DNA of 63,424 nt, filler included, from Collodictyon triciliatum (taxonomy: Eukaryota), in assembly GCA_043381765.1 (NCBI GenBank). It is 6 parts of 6 records of this genome, joined end to end, with 100 filler letters (N's around TTAATTAATTAA, not from the genome) between each part and the next. Parts side by side here need not be neighbours in the genome. Positions count along the whole stretch, not along the records: positions 31,791 to 42,277 come from JBHJMP010002658.1; positions 42,378 to 52,859 come from JBHJMP010002659.1; positions 52,960 to 63,424 come from JBHJMP010002660.1; 3 more parts are not named here. The stretch is one strand, 5' to 3'. Positions 38,601 to 60,183 of this stretch are shown piece after piece (the first letter of the stretch is position 1; every line of letters starts with the position of its first letter). The notes under the pieces are model-generated. The model saw nothing but the letters and a program-made list of their open reading frames with translations. It searched no databases and had not been told where the DNA came from. A program made the position numbers and the translations under genes.

Positions 38601-41323
38601 GAGAACTGTACAGAGATGAAAGAACTCGTCTTATTCAGAAATTATTTTAACGAATCACTACCATATTTTAATTTACCAAATTTAAGCATATTGGATCTGA
38701 GTGAAAATGAAATATCCGGTGAAATGCCTGAATATTGGAATATTCCATCGATTCAACATATAGATTTGTCAAGAAACAAAATAAGTGGCACAATACCAGA
38801 TTATGTTCAGCATCTTTACCGACTCATTTCCTTTGCCGTCTCCCACAACAATTTTCATGGCACGATGCCCTTATATTTCTGGAATCTTGGAAATCTTATG
38901 ACGATTGATTTATCCAAAAACTCATTTTCAGGAGATGTCAACTTGTTTATTTCGCCTATTCTTTCCGACAATAATTACAACTCTAGTTTCATAACGTTGC
39001 TTTTAGATGATAACTTGCTGCACGGAGGACTGGATTGGAGACTCTATGATTTTGTGCCAAATATTAAGACGCTCAGTTTGAAAAACAATAGGATCTCAAA
39101 GCTCGGGGACGTTACTACCTTGAAAAAATGGACGCGGCTTGAGCTATCTGGAAATCCTATTAAAGGGCATATCCCAGAGTCGTATGAGCGATTTACAAAA
39201 CTTGAATACATCGGTCTATTTGACACAGAGATGAATCACGGAGATGAGGGATTTCTACCGAAATTTATGAATCATACTGACCCGTTTAATTTACAAGATA
39301 AGTCCAATTCATACATATGCCCATCCATAGTATCCAGAGCGGGTCTAGTGAAGACGGATGTAAGATTAAATCCAAAGTATTATGACTTTAGTCTATGCCA
39401 ATGCCTTCCCAATTATTTTGGATTCGGGAACAGATGTGTCGAATGTCCTAAGGAGTGTAAGTGTATCGATGGGTCGAGTATTTTATACTGTCATGCATCA
39501 CCCACCGTATTTCAGATTGAAACAGTTATACCCTGCCCACGCCCTGCATCATGCAACACTACATTACCGGAGAAAAAATCGCATAATAAGATCCCCTCTC
39601 AAGTGAATCACTTTTGCGAGGAGGGGTACACTGGACGAGCATGTTCAAAGTGCGTAGAAGGGTATGGGACCAGGGGCAGAGCGTGCATTCATTGCAATGA
39701 CTCTGTCATTTATACAACTTTTGCTATTGGGTTGATAGGTCTCGTTACATTTACCACATTCTTGTATTACAGTGAAAATAATTCGTCAGGTTGGTGGCGT
39801 ATGGTCTTTTTTTTTTATCACGTGTGCTGTTTTATTTTATAACTTTACTCTGTAATAGTATTTTTACTTTAGTTTTAATTATTATTGTATTGTATTTTCA
39901 ATTGAATTTTTTTCTATTCCATTTTCCAAAATAATTTTCTTTCATTCTGGTGGTAACATTATTTTGTGGATTAAACAGTCACACATTTTCTTTGATAGGG
40001 AATATTCAAATAGTCCTTTTTCACATGCAAACACTTTCCATCCTTTCGTCTGGATTCACACTGTCAGATAATACTGATAGATTCACAGATACATCCTTTT
40101 CAGTTGGTTCTCTTCAATTTCCCAATTTATCTTGCGTTCTGGGGTCTACAGACCCAATTGACAGTATAATATTCAATTTTGCCAGAATTCCTGTTGTTCT
40201 ATTTCTCGGGATTTTATTCTACTCTACTGGAAGTGGCCGTTCGAGAAACAAGGTGTGTTATGTCATTACATATAAGGTCAATAGATGGTTGCCTTTTAAA
40301 TAATCTTATCAGCAAAATCTTATAATCTGTATCTGCCGATTCAGGGTTTAATTCTGATTAATCTTATATCAACCCAAACATTTTAATTAATTTATTTTCC
40401 GTCTATATGGCACAGGCGGTTTTTATCACTCTGAATTACCTCTTTATAATGTATTATTCGGTCGCAAAAGAAGTCTTTGGTGTTTTTGGATGCACCGTTT
40501 TTGACTCTGGAGATGGATTCTGGTACCTAAATTATTCCCCTTGGATTCGATGCAGCCCAGCTTCTAATGAATACAAGAGTATGATAGGACTATCCGTCCC
40601 TCTCTTTGCATTATTTTTGGTAGGATATCCATTATTCGTTTGGTGGAAAATCAGATCATCTCTGCATAAAAAAAATTTAGACGAAAGATACGGATTTCTA
40701 TACCTTCCGTATAAAGAGGTTGGTACTTGAATAGCTTTTCCATTTGCAGTGATCACCTCATTTGTCAACTAACTTGGGTGACATACCATTAGAAATATAA
40801 GTACTGGGAATTTGTTTATATCGCTCGCCGAGTAGCATTCTCTTTTGTCATCGGTGTCATACCATACACAAACGTACCTACGTTATACCTATTACTGGTG
40901 ATAATTATACAGGTGAGAGGCATCTATAAATGTGTACTCATATCTTGCTTTCTTTAACCCATTTTCTTCTTCATCAGACCTCCATATGGGTACAGAGGGA
41001 GTTTCAACCCTACAAAACAGATGTTGAAAATAATTTGGAGCTATCTAGCTTGTATGTGATATTTGTTTCATTCTTTCTGGCCTTAATGTCTAGTCTTTTT
41101 GGTTCTCGTGTGTGGTTAACAGTTTTTTTTGATTGGATTGAATACATTGTGGTTCACATTTGCTGTTGCATCGACTTACATCGCTCCTCTCTTGCAAAAA
41201 GATAGCTTTCTGATGGCAAATTTCGCTAAATTGAAAAACTTTGCATGGAGGGCCATGTTGAAATTAATGCGACCGGATAGTGAGAAGGATGTCTTCCCTG
41301 ATATACAAGATAATCAACTCTGA
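35625..41323 (+). CDS. Leucine-rich-repeat receptor-like protein: signal-like segment, LRR N-cap, about 20 or more LRRs, Cys-rich stalk and a multi-TM C-terminus
   Basis: Cap WNDNTGWK...VCYWYGVEC; repeats of the type GxIPxFxxLxxLxxLxLxxNxLx; CQCLPNYFG...CEEGYTGRACSKCVEGY; TM region with YGFLYLPYKE/KYKYWEFVYIARR and QPYKT. The start is uncertain, and there is a 1-nt T-run frameshift near 41123-41130. Confidence 0.88.
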
Positions 41324-41814
41324 ATACAAATGCCCTTTAATAATACCTCTTGCTTTCATTGTTGATTAGCACTGGTTCAAAGACTATGTTTTTGACGAGA
41401 TTCACGGAATAAAACGAGCTGTTGTCTTATTAAAGGAAATGATAAGACTACTAGTAATCAATACAAGAGGTTATAGTGCGGTTTTTCTTCTCTTTTGTTC
41501 TTTGTTTTTGTTTTTGTTGTGGGTTTTGTTTGTTTTGTGTAAAGAATTCTTTCAAATGTCGATCTGCTCTATACCTCGCGATGTGAGTAAATGTGGTGGT
41601 CGCACTGAGAGAGGGACAGGGTTGAGAAGAGCAATAAAAAAAAAATAAATAAAAACAACATGAATAAGATAAAGTGTTCTTTGCCGAGAAACAAGCACAC
41701 TGAGAGAGAAAAAAAAAACATATTCTTCAGAAAGTAATATTATTACACTGGCGTTCTTTCCTTCTTCTCTCAACCCACCACATTCTGAAGCCGGAAAAAA
41801 AGAACACGCAAGCG

Positions 41815-42026
41815 ATGGAAAAGAGGGATCCTGAGAAGGACGAGATCACTTACCAGATGACCAACGACACAGCCCTGCCCCATGGAATGCATACGGACCG
41901 ATCGCAAACTGAGGGAGGCCGACTCAGCCAACGCAGAGAGCGAAAAGGTCACTCGATCACATCCCTTGCAACACAGTTTATGCACCGAAACACACCGACG
42001 ATCAAGACCCCAGCTGCCACCGACCC
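41815..42026 (+). CDS. Possible first exon of a gene cut by the scaffold end
   Basis: ATG-initiated hydrophilic ORF ending at a strong GTGAGT donor. Confidence 0.35.
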
Positions 42027-42072
42027 GTGAGTATAACCACCTATGAATAAGGTGGAACGAGCTCTTTGAAAC

Positions 42073-42156
<84 letters not shown>

Positions 42157-42502
42157 GAGGAATAAAAAGAAGGATTGAGCTCAAGCTATCGATCCACGGA
42201 TAGCAAGATAATTGTGAATAAAATGTTCAGTATTAGTTGCTCTGATTCATTTCTCTTTTCTTTTTTCTTTTTCTTTTNNNNNNNNNNNNNNNNNNNNNNN
42301 NNNNNNNNNNNNNNNNNNNNNTTAATTAATTAANNNNNNNNNNNNNNNNNNNNNNNNNNNNNNNNNNNNNNNNNNNNAAAAACAACAAAAAAAACAACAA
42401 AAAAAACAACAAAAAAAACAACAAAAAAAACAACAAAAAACAACAAAAAACAACAAAAAAACCTCCCAGAAACCGCCCGAACTTCGATTCAAGACCCCGA
42501 AG

Positions 42503-50400
<7,898 letters not shown>

Positions 50401-51039
50401 GAGCCAACCCCACGCGAGCGAGATATAAAAACCAACCAACGATTTTCCATATTTATTGACACCCAACCGCAGGATTGCCCTCTCGCATGCAGTGTGCCAG
50501 TCGCGTCGAAAAGTAACGAATTCGACTTCTCACCCCAAGCAGAAAAAGAAAAGGAAAAAAGCGCTATGCATTTCCTGTGCGTCACCTTGGGAAGAACAAA
50601 CATGGTCGCCATAGCACTTCCTCGAAAAAACTTCCATCTACCACCGCGCGGTTGACACCGAAAACAAGATTTAGCAGCATGCGAACCCGGGTATCTTCCG
50701 CCCTTTCCATTTCTTCCACATGAAGTGAAAATACAAATATGGACAATAAATTCTACCCATTGATTCATCGAAATACTACAGCTCGCGTCCAATGCGCACT
50801 TTTGGTTCTGATCATCCTACCAGACTTGTGTGTGTGGCTTCTCTGTTTGCCGAGGCTTCTGTGTGAAAGGAATCTGGCTTCTCGGCCTGCTCAAGTAACA
50901 CCGTTCACACGCTTCAATATCCTCACAAGGCTCACAAGAAGCGCCGAGAATTCAACCACGTGTCTCTTCTTCGGTGCTTGGCTTCCTGCGCTCTCCCTCT
51001 TTCTTTTGTGCTTTTCTCGCCTCTCGTTTCTTTCTTTCT

Positions 51040-51075
<36 letters not shown>

Positions 51076-51121
51076 TGTGTGCTCTTCCTGCTTCGAGTCC
51101 GTGTGGGTGATTCCTTGTGTG

Positions 51122-52531
51122 ATGGACAGAAGCGAGCCATTCCAGCCGAGGCTTCATGCGCACAGACCAGCTGGTTATTTTCACGAGGCGGTCTCATCAG
51201 AAGAGATGCTGTTATCGCAGAGCCACGGTTCTGTTGCATGGCGGGCTCAGAAGAAGGCTGAAGAGACGGCCAAAGGAGTTGGAAGCGCCAGGGTGGGCAG
51301 GGACTACGTGTATGTGCCGGCTTGGTCTCCGAACATATTTAATAGATGATTCATTTTTCCCTTTATTTATTTACTTATTCATTCCTTTATTAGTTTATTT
51401 ATTTATTACTTATTTCTTTATATATTTCTTTATTTATTCATCGGTTGATTAATAAACTAGGTTTCACACAGAGCCCGTTCAAAAGAGTGTTTCTGCTCAA
51501 AGACCTATTGAGCCTTTTCAAAGTCTGCGGCCAGAAGAATCTGTCGTCGTTATATCTCTGGGTCATCAGTTACTATTTTCTTTTTCTCTCTTTTTTTTTT
51601 TTATTTTTTTTTACTTATTTATTTTATCGAAATTAAGTATCATACTCAAGTCTTTTTAATATCGCGAAAAATTACATGTTGCGTTTTATGCGCGCACATG
51701 TTGGTAATGCTCTATTTACTGTTGCTCTTTGATTGCCTGCTGGTGTAGAATCAAATTCAAGGTGGCCCTGGTAGGGAAGAATCAAACTGTCATCATAGAT
51801 GAAAATGAATCTGCAGCCACACCTTCACAAGCATACCCTGTCAAAGGATATGCGCCTATTTTCCCGTGCCAATTCACCACAGACTCGACCTCGTATCAGT
51901 TTATGGTGCTCATTGACGGTAGAAGAACGAAGCGTGAGATCAAGACAACATTCAATCTTGTCGAAGATGTCACATTACAGGATATCCCAAACGCATTCAA
52001 AACTAAAGGAGACACACCACATACGATGGTATTTCTGTTTTGTTTCTTTTTTTTTCATTATGAATTCATACTTAAATTACATCCAATTACCACTGTGTGC
52101 TTAGAAGTCATTCGCCTCACTTCATGGTAACAAGAAATGTGTCCTAGAATGCACAGACGTCGGTTGCAGTCACCGGGATGTACAAAAAAACATATTCAGA
52201 GTCATTTGGATTCTGTCGGACAAGTTGCGATGTATTTTCGTGCGGTTCGGTCTCTACACTTTCACAGCATCCATCGCATGGCTTGTTTCGAATCAGAGCG
52301 TGCATTTCTGTCGGAAACAATACAGCTGTGATTCTCCTATCCCCTCCTTTCTGGATTGTCTCAAAACGAGTTCCTAGCATCGATGCCTTTGGCTTGCAGA
52401 CAGCTGAACCTGATGCACGGTTTCTGTTGATGCCTCACGACGTTGAAAAACGTGCCGCACAGGGAGAAAGTGCTTCGGCTGAGCAGCTTCACAACGATGG
52501 CGAATCACGACATAAGAAGCTCAGACAGTAA
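51122..52531 (+). CDS. Hypothetical protein, about 4 exons, with a putative beta-sandwich DNA-binding domain
   Basis: Exons of about 51122-51309, 51461-51568, 51749-52028 and 52148-52531 can be joined in frame. Motif SFGFCRTS...GLFRIRA...SPPFWIVSK; basic C-terminus RHKKLRQ. Confidence 0.55.
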
Positions 52532-52760
52532 GTGGCGAACAGACTGACGTGTACCCTCGCTCTACCAATGCTCAAATGATGCTTTTTGGCTTAGGATATT
52601 ATCCTTATATTTCAAGCTGATTTTTTCTGATGTATTAATACACTTGCAATTTCAAGGTTACCATCACTACGGAAGTACAATCGCACCATAAATCTTTATC
52701 TTGCAAGTGAGAGTTTACCCACCATCTCGAAATCATTTTTTCCTGCCGTTCGCACATTCG

Positions 52761-52859
52761 CTTTTCTTTTCTTTTTCTTTTTCTTTTTCTTTTTCTTTTT
52801 CTTTTTCTTTTTCTTTTTCTTTTTCTTTTTCTTTTTCTTTTTCTTTTTCTTTTTCTTTT
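52761..52859. repeat. (TTTTTC)n repeat at scaffold end
   Basis: Direct reading. Confidence 0.95.
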
Positions 52860-53052
52860 NNNNNNNNNNNNNNNNNNNNNNNNNNNNNNNNNNNNNNNNN
52901 NNNTTAATTAATTAANNNNNNNNNNNNNNNNNNNNNNNNNNNNNNNNNNNNNNNNNNNNTAAAACAAGAAAACATGTAACGAAATCAATGAATGGACGAA
53001 TTAAACCTAAAAGAGTGACAAAGGGACCATATGAGTTACAAATGGAATATTC

Positions 53053-53150
<98 letters not shown>

Positions 53151-53190
53151 AATGATAATAATAACAATAATAATAATAATAATAATAATA
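53053..53190. repeat. (AAT)n microsatellite
   Basis: Direct reading. Confidence 0.95.
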
Positions 53191-53687
53191 AAAGCCTAGA
53201 CCCAAGCCGGATAAGGTTCTATTGGTTTGCAGAAGCGAAAGAAAGTGGAAACATGGCAGGAGTAAACCTACTGTCTTCCGGGACATCCGATCTTTGCGTG
53301 GACATCGAAACAAAATAAATGTACAGCCTCTGCTCGTTTCCTTAGGCCTTCTTGCGAAATACCCGATCACAGGTGCGCCTTAATGCCGCAGTTTCGGATA
53401 AGTGCAGCGTTATCGTCTTATGGCGAAAGCGTAAGCTGACTGCTTTTCTTTTATCTTTTTCTCTTTTTTCTTCGCATCAGATCGTGTGTGTGAGAATGTG
53501 TGGGTTTATGGACAACACGTTTGAGAAGAGGGAGGCTAACACCCCTTCAAGGCCGAGTCTTGGCGACTCTGTCTAGTCCATCGCCGCGTTTGTTTCGGCT
53601 GTGGGGACGTTATCATGATAATGTTTAAGATTATCACAAGCAGAACATGATAAGTGGTGAAGGTAAGGAGATAACGAGCGAATAGCA

Positions 53688-55635
53688 CTACTGGACAATC
53701 AAGTGAGAGGAAGGCTTGCTTGTGCCAGTCGACATTCCAGGCTTAAGCAACGATGAATCCACAAACAACTTTGAGTCTTCGTGTATCTTCTCCCAGAAGG
53801 CGTCAAGGTGCTTTGAATAAAGATGCTTTGTGTACTGAGACGGTGGGACAGTGGAGCGGATGGCATCAGGTTTCATGGCACTGCACGGAGATGAAGGGAG
53901 TGCGGGAGATTCGTTAAGAGAATTTTTCTTTTCCTTAGGAGTCCTCAAAGTGCCTGGTGGTTCGATAAGGATTTTCCATCTGGAAGGCAAGTCTTTAATC
54001 ATGTCTGGGTTTAACTTGTAGGTTCTCATCCGGCAGTAATCTTAGAGATATAACAAGAAAAAAAATTCAATATAGTATTATGATATGCGTGGCTTAAAGA
54101 GGGATTTTGGGAAGCGGTTTAGGACATCGCACAATGGCTTCAGTGTGTAAAAAATAAAAAAAAATAAAATAAAAAAATAGACGATTAAATAGCTTGCCTG
54201 AGAAATCAACTTCATATGTGAAACGAAATTGTGCGGCTGCCTCTTTATCGTCTTGAGGCACAGTCTGAGAGACAGAGAAGTGTTTCTTTGCTTGAAGAGA
54301 TTGGTGCTGATTGATTATTGAGATGCTGTGAGAACGATGTTCGCACTCATTTTCCTGCTCAGGCTCCGGTTCAGTTTCCTGTCCATCATCATGCTCATTT
54401 ACTTGCACATGGTCATGTACTTGCTCATACCCCTTCTCTTGCTCTTGTTCATTCTCGAACTCTTGCATTTGTTCATGTTCGCGCTCCACTTTGTCACTAT
54501 TTCCATTTATGTTTTGGACTGTCATCTGTAGAACATGGATTGGAAGCGGCATATCAAGAGACGGTAAGCAAGACATGTCATGACATGCTAGATTCGTACA
54601 TCCTGGTGGTTGGGGAATGGAGGTCCAATTCCTGTGCATGTGTTGAATATGTGGAATACGGCCCCTGGTATTGGATATCATGGTCTTGTGTTGAGATTCT
54701 TCTTGAATGATTGGGCGCTTTCGTGACCTGTACCGTGTGTACCCACGACTAATGCACCTAATGTGTATTCCAGAGTTTTCTTGATATCCATTTCGCACAG
54801 CAATATCCCTCCACATGGGATTGATTCCGCGCAACTGGGGCAGCTTGCTGACCGACCAAAATTCTGGAAGGAAATGAAAATATATTGCGGTATCCGTTTT
54901 GACAAGGACTGCAAGGCGAAAAAATCCACCCTCTCGCTTGGGAAATTCACCAATGATACAGTTGTAGTACTCGCTGCTTGTTTTTCCTACCCCGAATTTG
55001 AGTGATTGGAACCTATCATTGTCGCGCTCACATTCGCAGTATGTCTGTTATGGTTTTCAGAACCAGACGAATATATATATATATATGTGTGTGTGTGTGA
55101 AAAGTTAAGTATTGGTCCTGTGTGAACTATGAAACAATTTCATTTTCAGCATCGTGCAAAAGCGATTGATTTGAATTGCATTTACCCGGTTAGGCATCTC
55201 GGTGTCTTTGAGTCCCTCAAGAATCGGATGATACTTTGCGTCGAAGAGAACAATCCGAACATAGTCAATGCGACCAGGCTGAGGCTTTGGGAATGAACGT
55301 GAGTTTAATGTGATTCCGCCGCGGATATTTGCGGCCTCAGTGCACCATATGGAAAATGGATTTGGGAAGGTGGCAGGTGGTTCCGCCTTTGGTGGAGAGC
55401 AGTGGGTTTTTTCAAAGGTGACGCGGTATCCAAGACTGTGTTTTTTTAGTGGACAAGTTTGAAATGAGTAAGTCAAATTAACATACATACAGTTTGTATA
55501 AGGTAAAGAGTCTAGGCAAAGCCCACATATCATATAATCAAATGAGTTTTATAACTACCTTCCCACTCCTCCGTGAACGGGCTGCAAGTATTTCATGAAC
55601 GATTCCCCAAGAGTTTCTAACATATCCCCATCCAT
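53688..55635 (-). CDS. Hypothetical protein with the same putative DNA-binding motif as 51122-52531, plus an E/Q/H-rich low-complexity region
   Basis: ATG at 55635: MDGDMLETLGE.../SLGYRVTFEK...DYVRIVLFD...PNR/TYCECERDNDRFQSLKFGVGKTSSEY...GGFFRLAVLVK...LPEFWSVSK. The 3' exon structure is uncertain. Confidence 0.6.
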
Positions 55636-57243
55636 TATTCTTCCTGTTCCGTAACTTCTCCGGTTTTTTCTGTCTGAAAGAAAATATTGAGTTTTTGTTT
55701 ATCTCTGGCTTTTGTGTGCAGTTTTTTTGTGTTGCTTTTATTTTAAAAAAAAAAGCTGTTGGGTCATCTCAGAATATGAGCAGTCGGTGGGGGAAAAGTA
55801 TGCGATAGAGTTCGCCGAGGCATCACGATCCGTTTCAAATTCGGTGATTTGTTTGCTTGTTGAGTCAGAGAATGTAATAACGCCAGGTAAAATGTTTGAA
55901 AACTTTAAGGGTATTGCCAAATGTAAATATTTTGAATAACGAATGTCCTGCACAAGGATTTGGCTTGACTCTCTAATTTCTGCTCAGAATATTCTGAATG
56001 GTTTTGTTCTTTGGTTTTTTGGTTAGGTATGGATTTTGTTAAAGAATAATTTTAAAAAAAAAAGTAGCAGTGCGGTGGTAATAGGTGTTGGTGGTGTGTG
56101 ATATGAAGCGCAGGGGCTGTGTCGTTGGAGTTTTTCCCGTATATTTTTTACTTTCCAGGTCTCTCCTCTAGTGTTTTTTGCTTCTTTTTTATATAAAGCT
56201 CTTTTAAATAGTCGGGTAATTGTCAGGAGATAGCTTCTTCGTTTTAGGCTACTTTTGCAAAGAGATTATCTTATGTTTGAAGAAGCAGAGGAAAAAAGAG
56301 TAAGGAAATCATGCTCTTCAGTCTTGCTTTGATGACTCGCTACTTGGGTTTGTTATTTTTTGTGCTTCGTAATGGCTGGAGGTGGCCGTACGAGCATACA
56401 CAATCCCAGCCCAATTTGAATATCAAAAGTCAGAGACAAAAAAAATGCAACGAGAAACAGCGCCGCCCAATTTTGAGTGAAAAAGCGAAGTGCGGGTCGT
56501 CAAGCCATTGGGCTTGTCACCGCAAGAAATATAGGAAAATTGAAAAGCGCGCTTCTTTGCTGGCTATTTGTACCAACCCTTGTAAAAAAAAAAAAAAAAC
56601 ACGCAACACTAAGCGCCCAGAAACGAACTGGAGGGAGAGTGGGTCAAAGTACCTTTGGTGGCTGCTTTGTGCGACCAAGGGGCTGTGCGTTTTACGGTGT
56701 TTTGTTCTAAAAGACCCAATGGCTTCTGTGCGCGCAATGAAAATCCTTGAATTGGGTGCACAATTAGAAAAAAATGAAAAGATTCAGTGAATTGCACAAA
56801 TACAATTCCACTTTTGTAGATTTAGAATTCAAAGAGAGAATTATTCAAAGAAACACCTCATTTGTAATTCCACCTTTGGTTGTAAGTTAATTTAACCATT
56901 CGAAGATACGAATTATTTTGGCCTAATGCAGACTTGTGATTAGCTTTTCGTCCATGGAATCTCACTGCATTATACATATACATACTATTTAAATATATTT
57001 AGTCTTAAATATTGTAAATAGTTTTCATTTATCAAATAAATAATCTATTGTGTATAATTTCCAGAAATATCGAAAGATTGATCACAGCCAAATCACAAAC
57101 CCAACTTTTCCGACACGCATCGCAACCTTGCTTGCACAGGCAGGCAGTAAGACTGGAAGAGTGGGACAGTACTGGGCAGTGATGAGAGACTTCGAGTGCG
57201 ACATAATATCCCTGGAATCCTCAACACTTTATTACTCGCAGGA

Positions 57244-57763
57244 ATGTCCGTGCGAATCCGCCTTGCTCGTTTCGGATCCAAGAACCACCCCTTCTACCGC
57301 ATCCGCGTTGCCCACAGCCGCTCGCCCCGAGACGGAAAGTTCATCGAAACAGTCGGCACATACAACCCCGATCCTCACCCCAGAGTGCGTCTCTAATTTA
57401 AAACTGCCTGTTAATTTTATCTGCTTCCTTTTCACTTTTATGAGTTGTCGCAGTGCGGAAAAGATGGGGTATAAGAGCTGATGGCTGCTACAAACTAGTT
57501 TAACTGGGATACCTTGTTCACACTAGGATGAAAGCAAGCACGTGACGCTTAATACAGACCGCATCAAATACTGGCTCTCTGTTGGAGCTCAACCGACCGA
57601 AACCGTCCAGGAGATTCTCTCTCTTGCCAACATCCTCCCTGCGCGCCCGAAACCACCACCGGGCGAGTACTTTGGCATGAGTCGCGACGAGGTCAAAGAG
57701 AAGGAGAAGGAGCTGGAGAAGATCCGAGATGCACAACGCAAGGAAGCAGCAAAAACAAAGTAA
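57244..57763 (+). CDS. MRPS16: Bacterial-type (mitochondrial) ribosomal protein S16, 2 exons
   Basis: Exons 57244-57384 and 57527-57763: [42 protein letters not shown]...[20 protein letters not shown]. Confidence 0.95.
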
Positions 57764-58335
57764 CCCGACCCCAGATTTCTCATGCTTATCGTAATCCCCT
57801 CATTTGATAGATATATTTATATGTACACGCAACTACGAAAATCTCACAATACCGCCTCCTAGGAAATAAGACAGGAATGCAACCGGATTACCCTCAAACG
57901 TTAATAAACATCCAAAAAATAAACTCCCTTTTTTTTACGCCATGAACGAATTGGGATTCGTGAATGAGTCTGTTCAGCCAGCCTCACCGACCGCGGCTTT
58001 TACCTGCTTCATCACAAACCTTTTTCTGCCCACTTGCCGCCCAACCTTTGTAGCATATGACGCGCCTCGTGGCTTTGTCAGCATCAAACCAGTCCGTCCC
58101 ATAAAATGGACATGTTCGAAGCCCATGCGATTATACTCAGGTCATCCCAATCGCCAAAGAATCCAGGAACCGCTGCAGAATCTGGTTCGGTAGGGTTTCT
58201 GTCGCGATCGCAGCAGCTCCATGCAGAGTTAAACCCTCGCTGGCCTTTTGGGACAATAAGACGCGAAACGTTCGTGGCACTATAAGAATCTATAGTTTAA
58301 GTAAGTGATCCTGACAATTGTCTGCACAGCTTCGA

Positions 58336-60183
58336 ATGGCGGAAAAGATCGCAGCAGCATTATCACGCAAGCTCAAGGTTCTTGGATTTCCCAAGGCGGA
58401 TCCGACCCTTTTTGCCAACTGGAGTGAGTATTTTAGTTTTTCTGTTTATTCCGAGTGGCTATTAAAGATAGAGCAGTTTCCGTATCATTTTTTTGTTAGT
58501 TGGGAATGATTACAGAGTCCCTCTCAGCGCACAATCCCCGCTCTTTTTCCTCTTTTCGTACACCTATATTCAACAAGCAGCAAATAACTGATCAGTAAAG
58601 AAACGGGCAGATTCATAGTTTCTTGATTTATTTATTAACGCTTTGAAAAAAAAAAAGGCTTAAATACTCTTGGCGATATTATACTATGGCTGGAGGATGA
58701 AAAAATCCGAGCTTTTGATGAGAAGGATCGCTCGGGTCTCAGACAACGCAAAGATCCGAAATGGTTAAGCGAAATCCACCAGGTATATCCTTGTCACGTT
58801 GGGTACACAAATCATACTTAAATCAACCATTTATCACTTACATGTATCGTCAGATGGAAAGAAATCGTCAAGACGTAAAGGAGCAAAGCATACTTGTGTT
58901 TTCATCATGATGTTAAAAGACGTATACATGGTCCTTTAGTACCTGGAAGCTACAGGCTGTCCATATGCTCCCCCTGGGCGCAACTCACTCAAGGACTGGA
59001 GTGTAATTTTAGAGTGGCTAGTCAACCAGGCTATCACTCTTGAGCTGAAGGACAAGTGTAAGAATTACAAGTCCTCAACCTTCATTCGTAATTACATATT
59101 TATCTCAAGTGATTTCATAAAAATAAAAAAAAAGAAAGAAATATTGCCCAGTGCAATCATTGTGTCAAAATTCTGTGTTTCTTCACATCCCAATTTAGTG
59201 AAAGAAAAAGGACCTGTTGCTTCCTTTTACCCGCAGCCAAAAAAGTCTACTGCAATTCCAAGCATCTCCAAAGAAGGTTTGAATCTTTGTAGTTTATGTA
59301 TAAGTTATTCCTCGTTCTGTCTCTACTAACAAGAAAATTTCGCATGCACTGTTCGTTAGATATCAGCAATCCTGCTTTTGTGGAAGCTGTTCGTAATTTG
59401 GCACGGATAATACGCATTCCTGTGGATGCCAGTGCTGACACATTGACCCTTCTTCAGGTTAAATATCTCTTGAATGTGTATTTATTTGATGGAAGGTTGT
59501 CTTGTATTCTATTGTACTTTTAACATTATGTATTTTTTTAACAGCATACAATACTATTATCTTAGACATGCTGTAATGTGGTTGTGAGAAAATTTCATCC
59601 CAGTGCATTGGCAACAGCGAGAGAAACATCCCTTAAACTGAAGGAGATTACGGTGATTTTATTTTCATTTTCGTTTCAATCAAATACCAGCAAGGTACAT
59701 GATGATTCTGTATTGACCAATCTATGTGATTATAGGATTCCAGTGTCGATACAGAGTCTTTCCCGTTGGGATTCCAAACGGGAGGTAAGTCATGTCTTTA
59801 ATACCAGAACTGTGTAAAGCAAAGTCACGAGTGTAAGCATAACAGAAAGGTATATATACATTACTTTGTTGTATGCTTTGTTAGATATTCTAGTTGACCG
59901 AGCGGCGACAATTCTTCGACTTTTGCATATCAACGAGCTGCGCACGTTGCAAACATATGTAAACGACATGTTTGACATTCTGCAGGGATTCACTGCCAAT
60001 CCTCGAGTGCGTCCCCCTTTTTTATCGCTTTTTTTTTTTTTGTTAAAATAATTTCAAATGCCCATGAAAACACATAGTCTTTGTGATAGTGTTGGTTGTT
60101 TGTAGCTAAGGTAATTTTAAATCTCATAAATACACATGTATTTCGATTAGGCTGACCCAGCGCTGGGCAAAGTTGGTGCCTGA
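58336..60183 (+). CDS. RTRAF: RNA transcription, translation and transport factor (CGI-99/C14orf166; tRNA ligase complex subunit)
   Basis: RKLKVLGFP; IILWLEDEKIRAFDEKDRSGLR; YLEATGCP; LEWLVNQAI; FPLGFQTG; DRAATILRLLHINELRTLQTYVN...QGFTANPRADPALGKVG. Confidence 0.92.

Noticed and set aside
41121-41135. Programmed frameshift in the last exon of the LRR receptor
   Set aside because: One extra T in a homopolymer run explains it; a sequencing error is more likely, and reads would settle it
58140-58250. Hairpins upstream of RTRAF as an ncRNA
   Set aside because: Stems are short, lack diagnostic boxes and are compatible with ordinary promoter sequence
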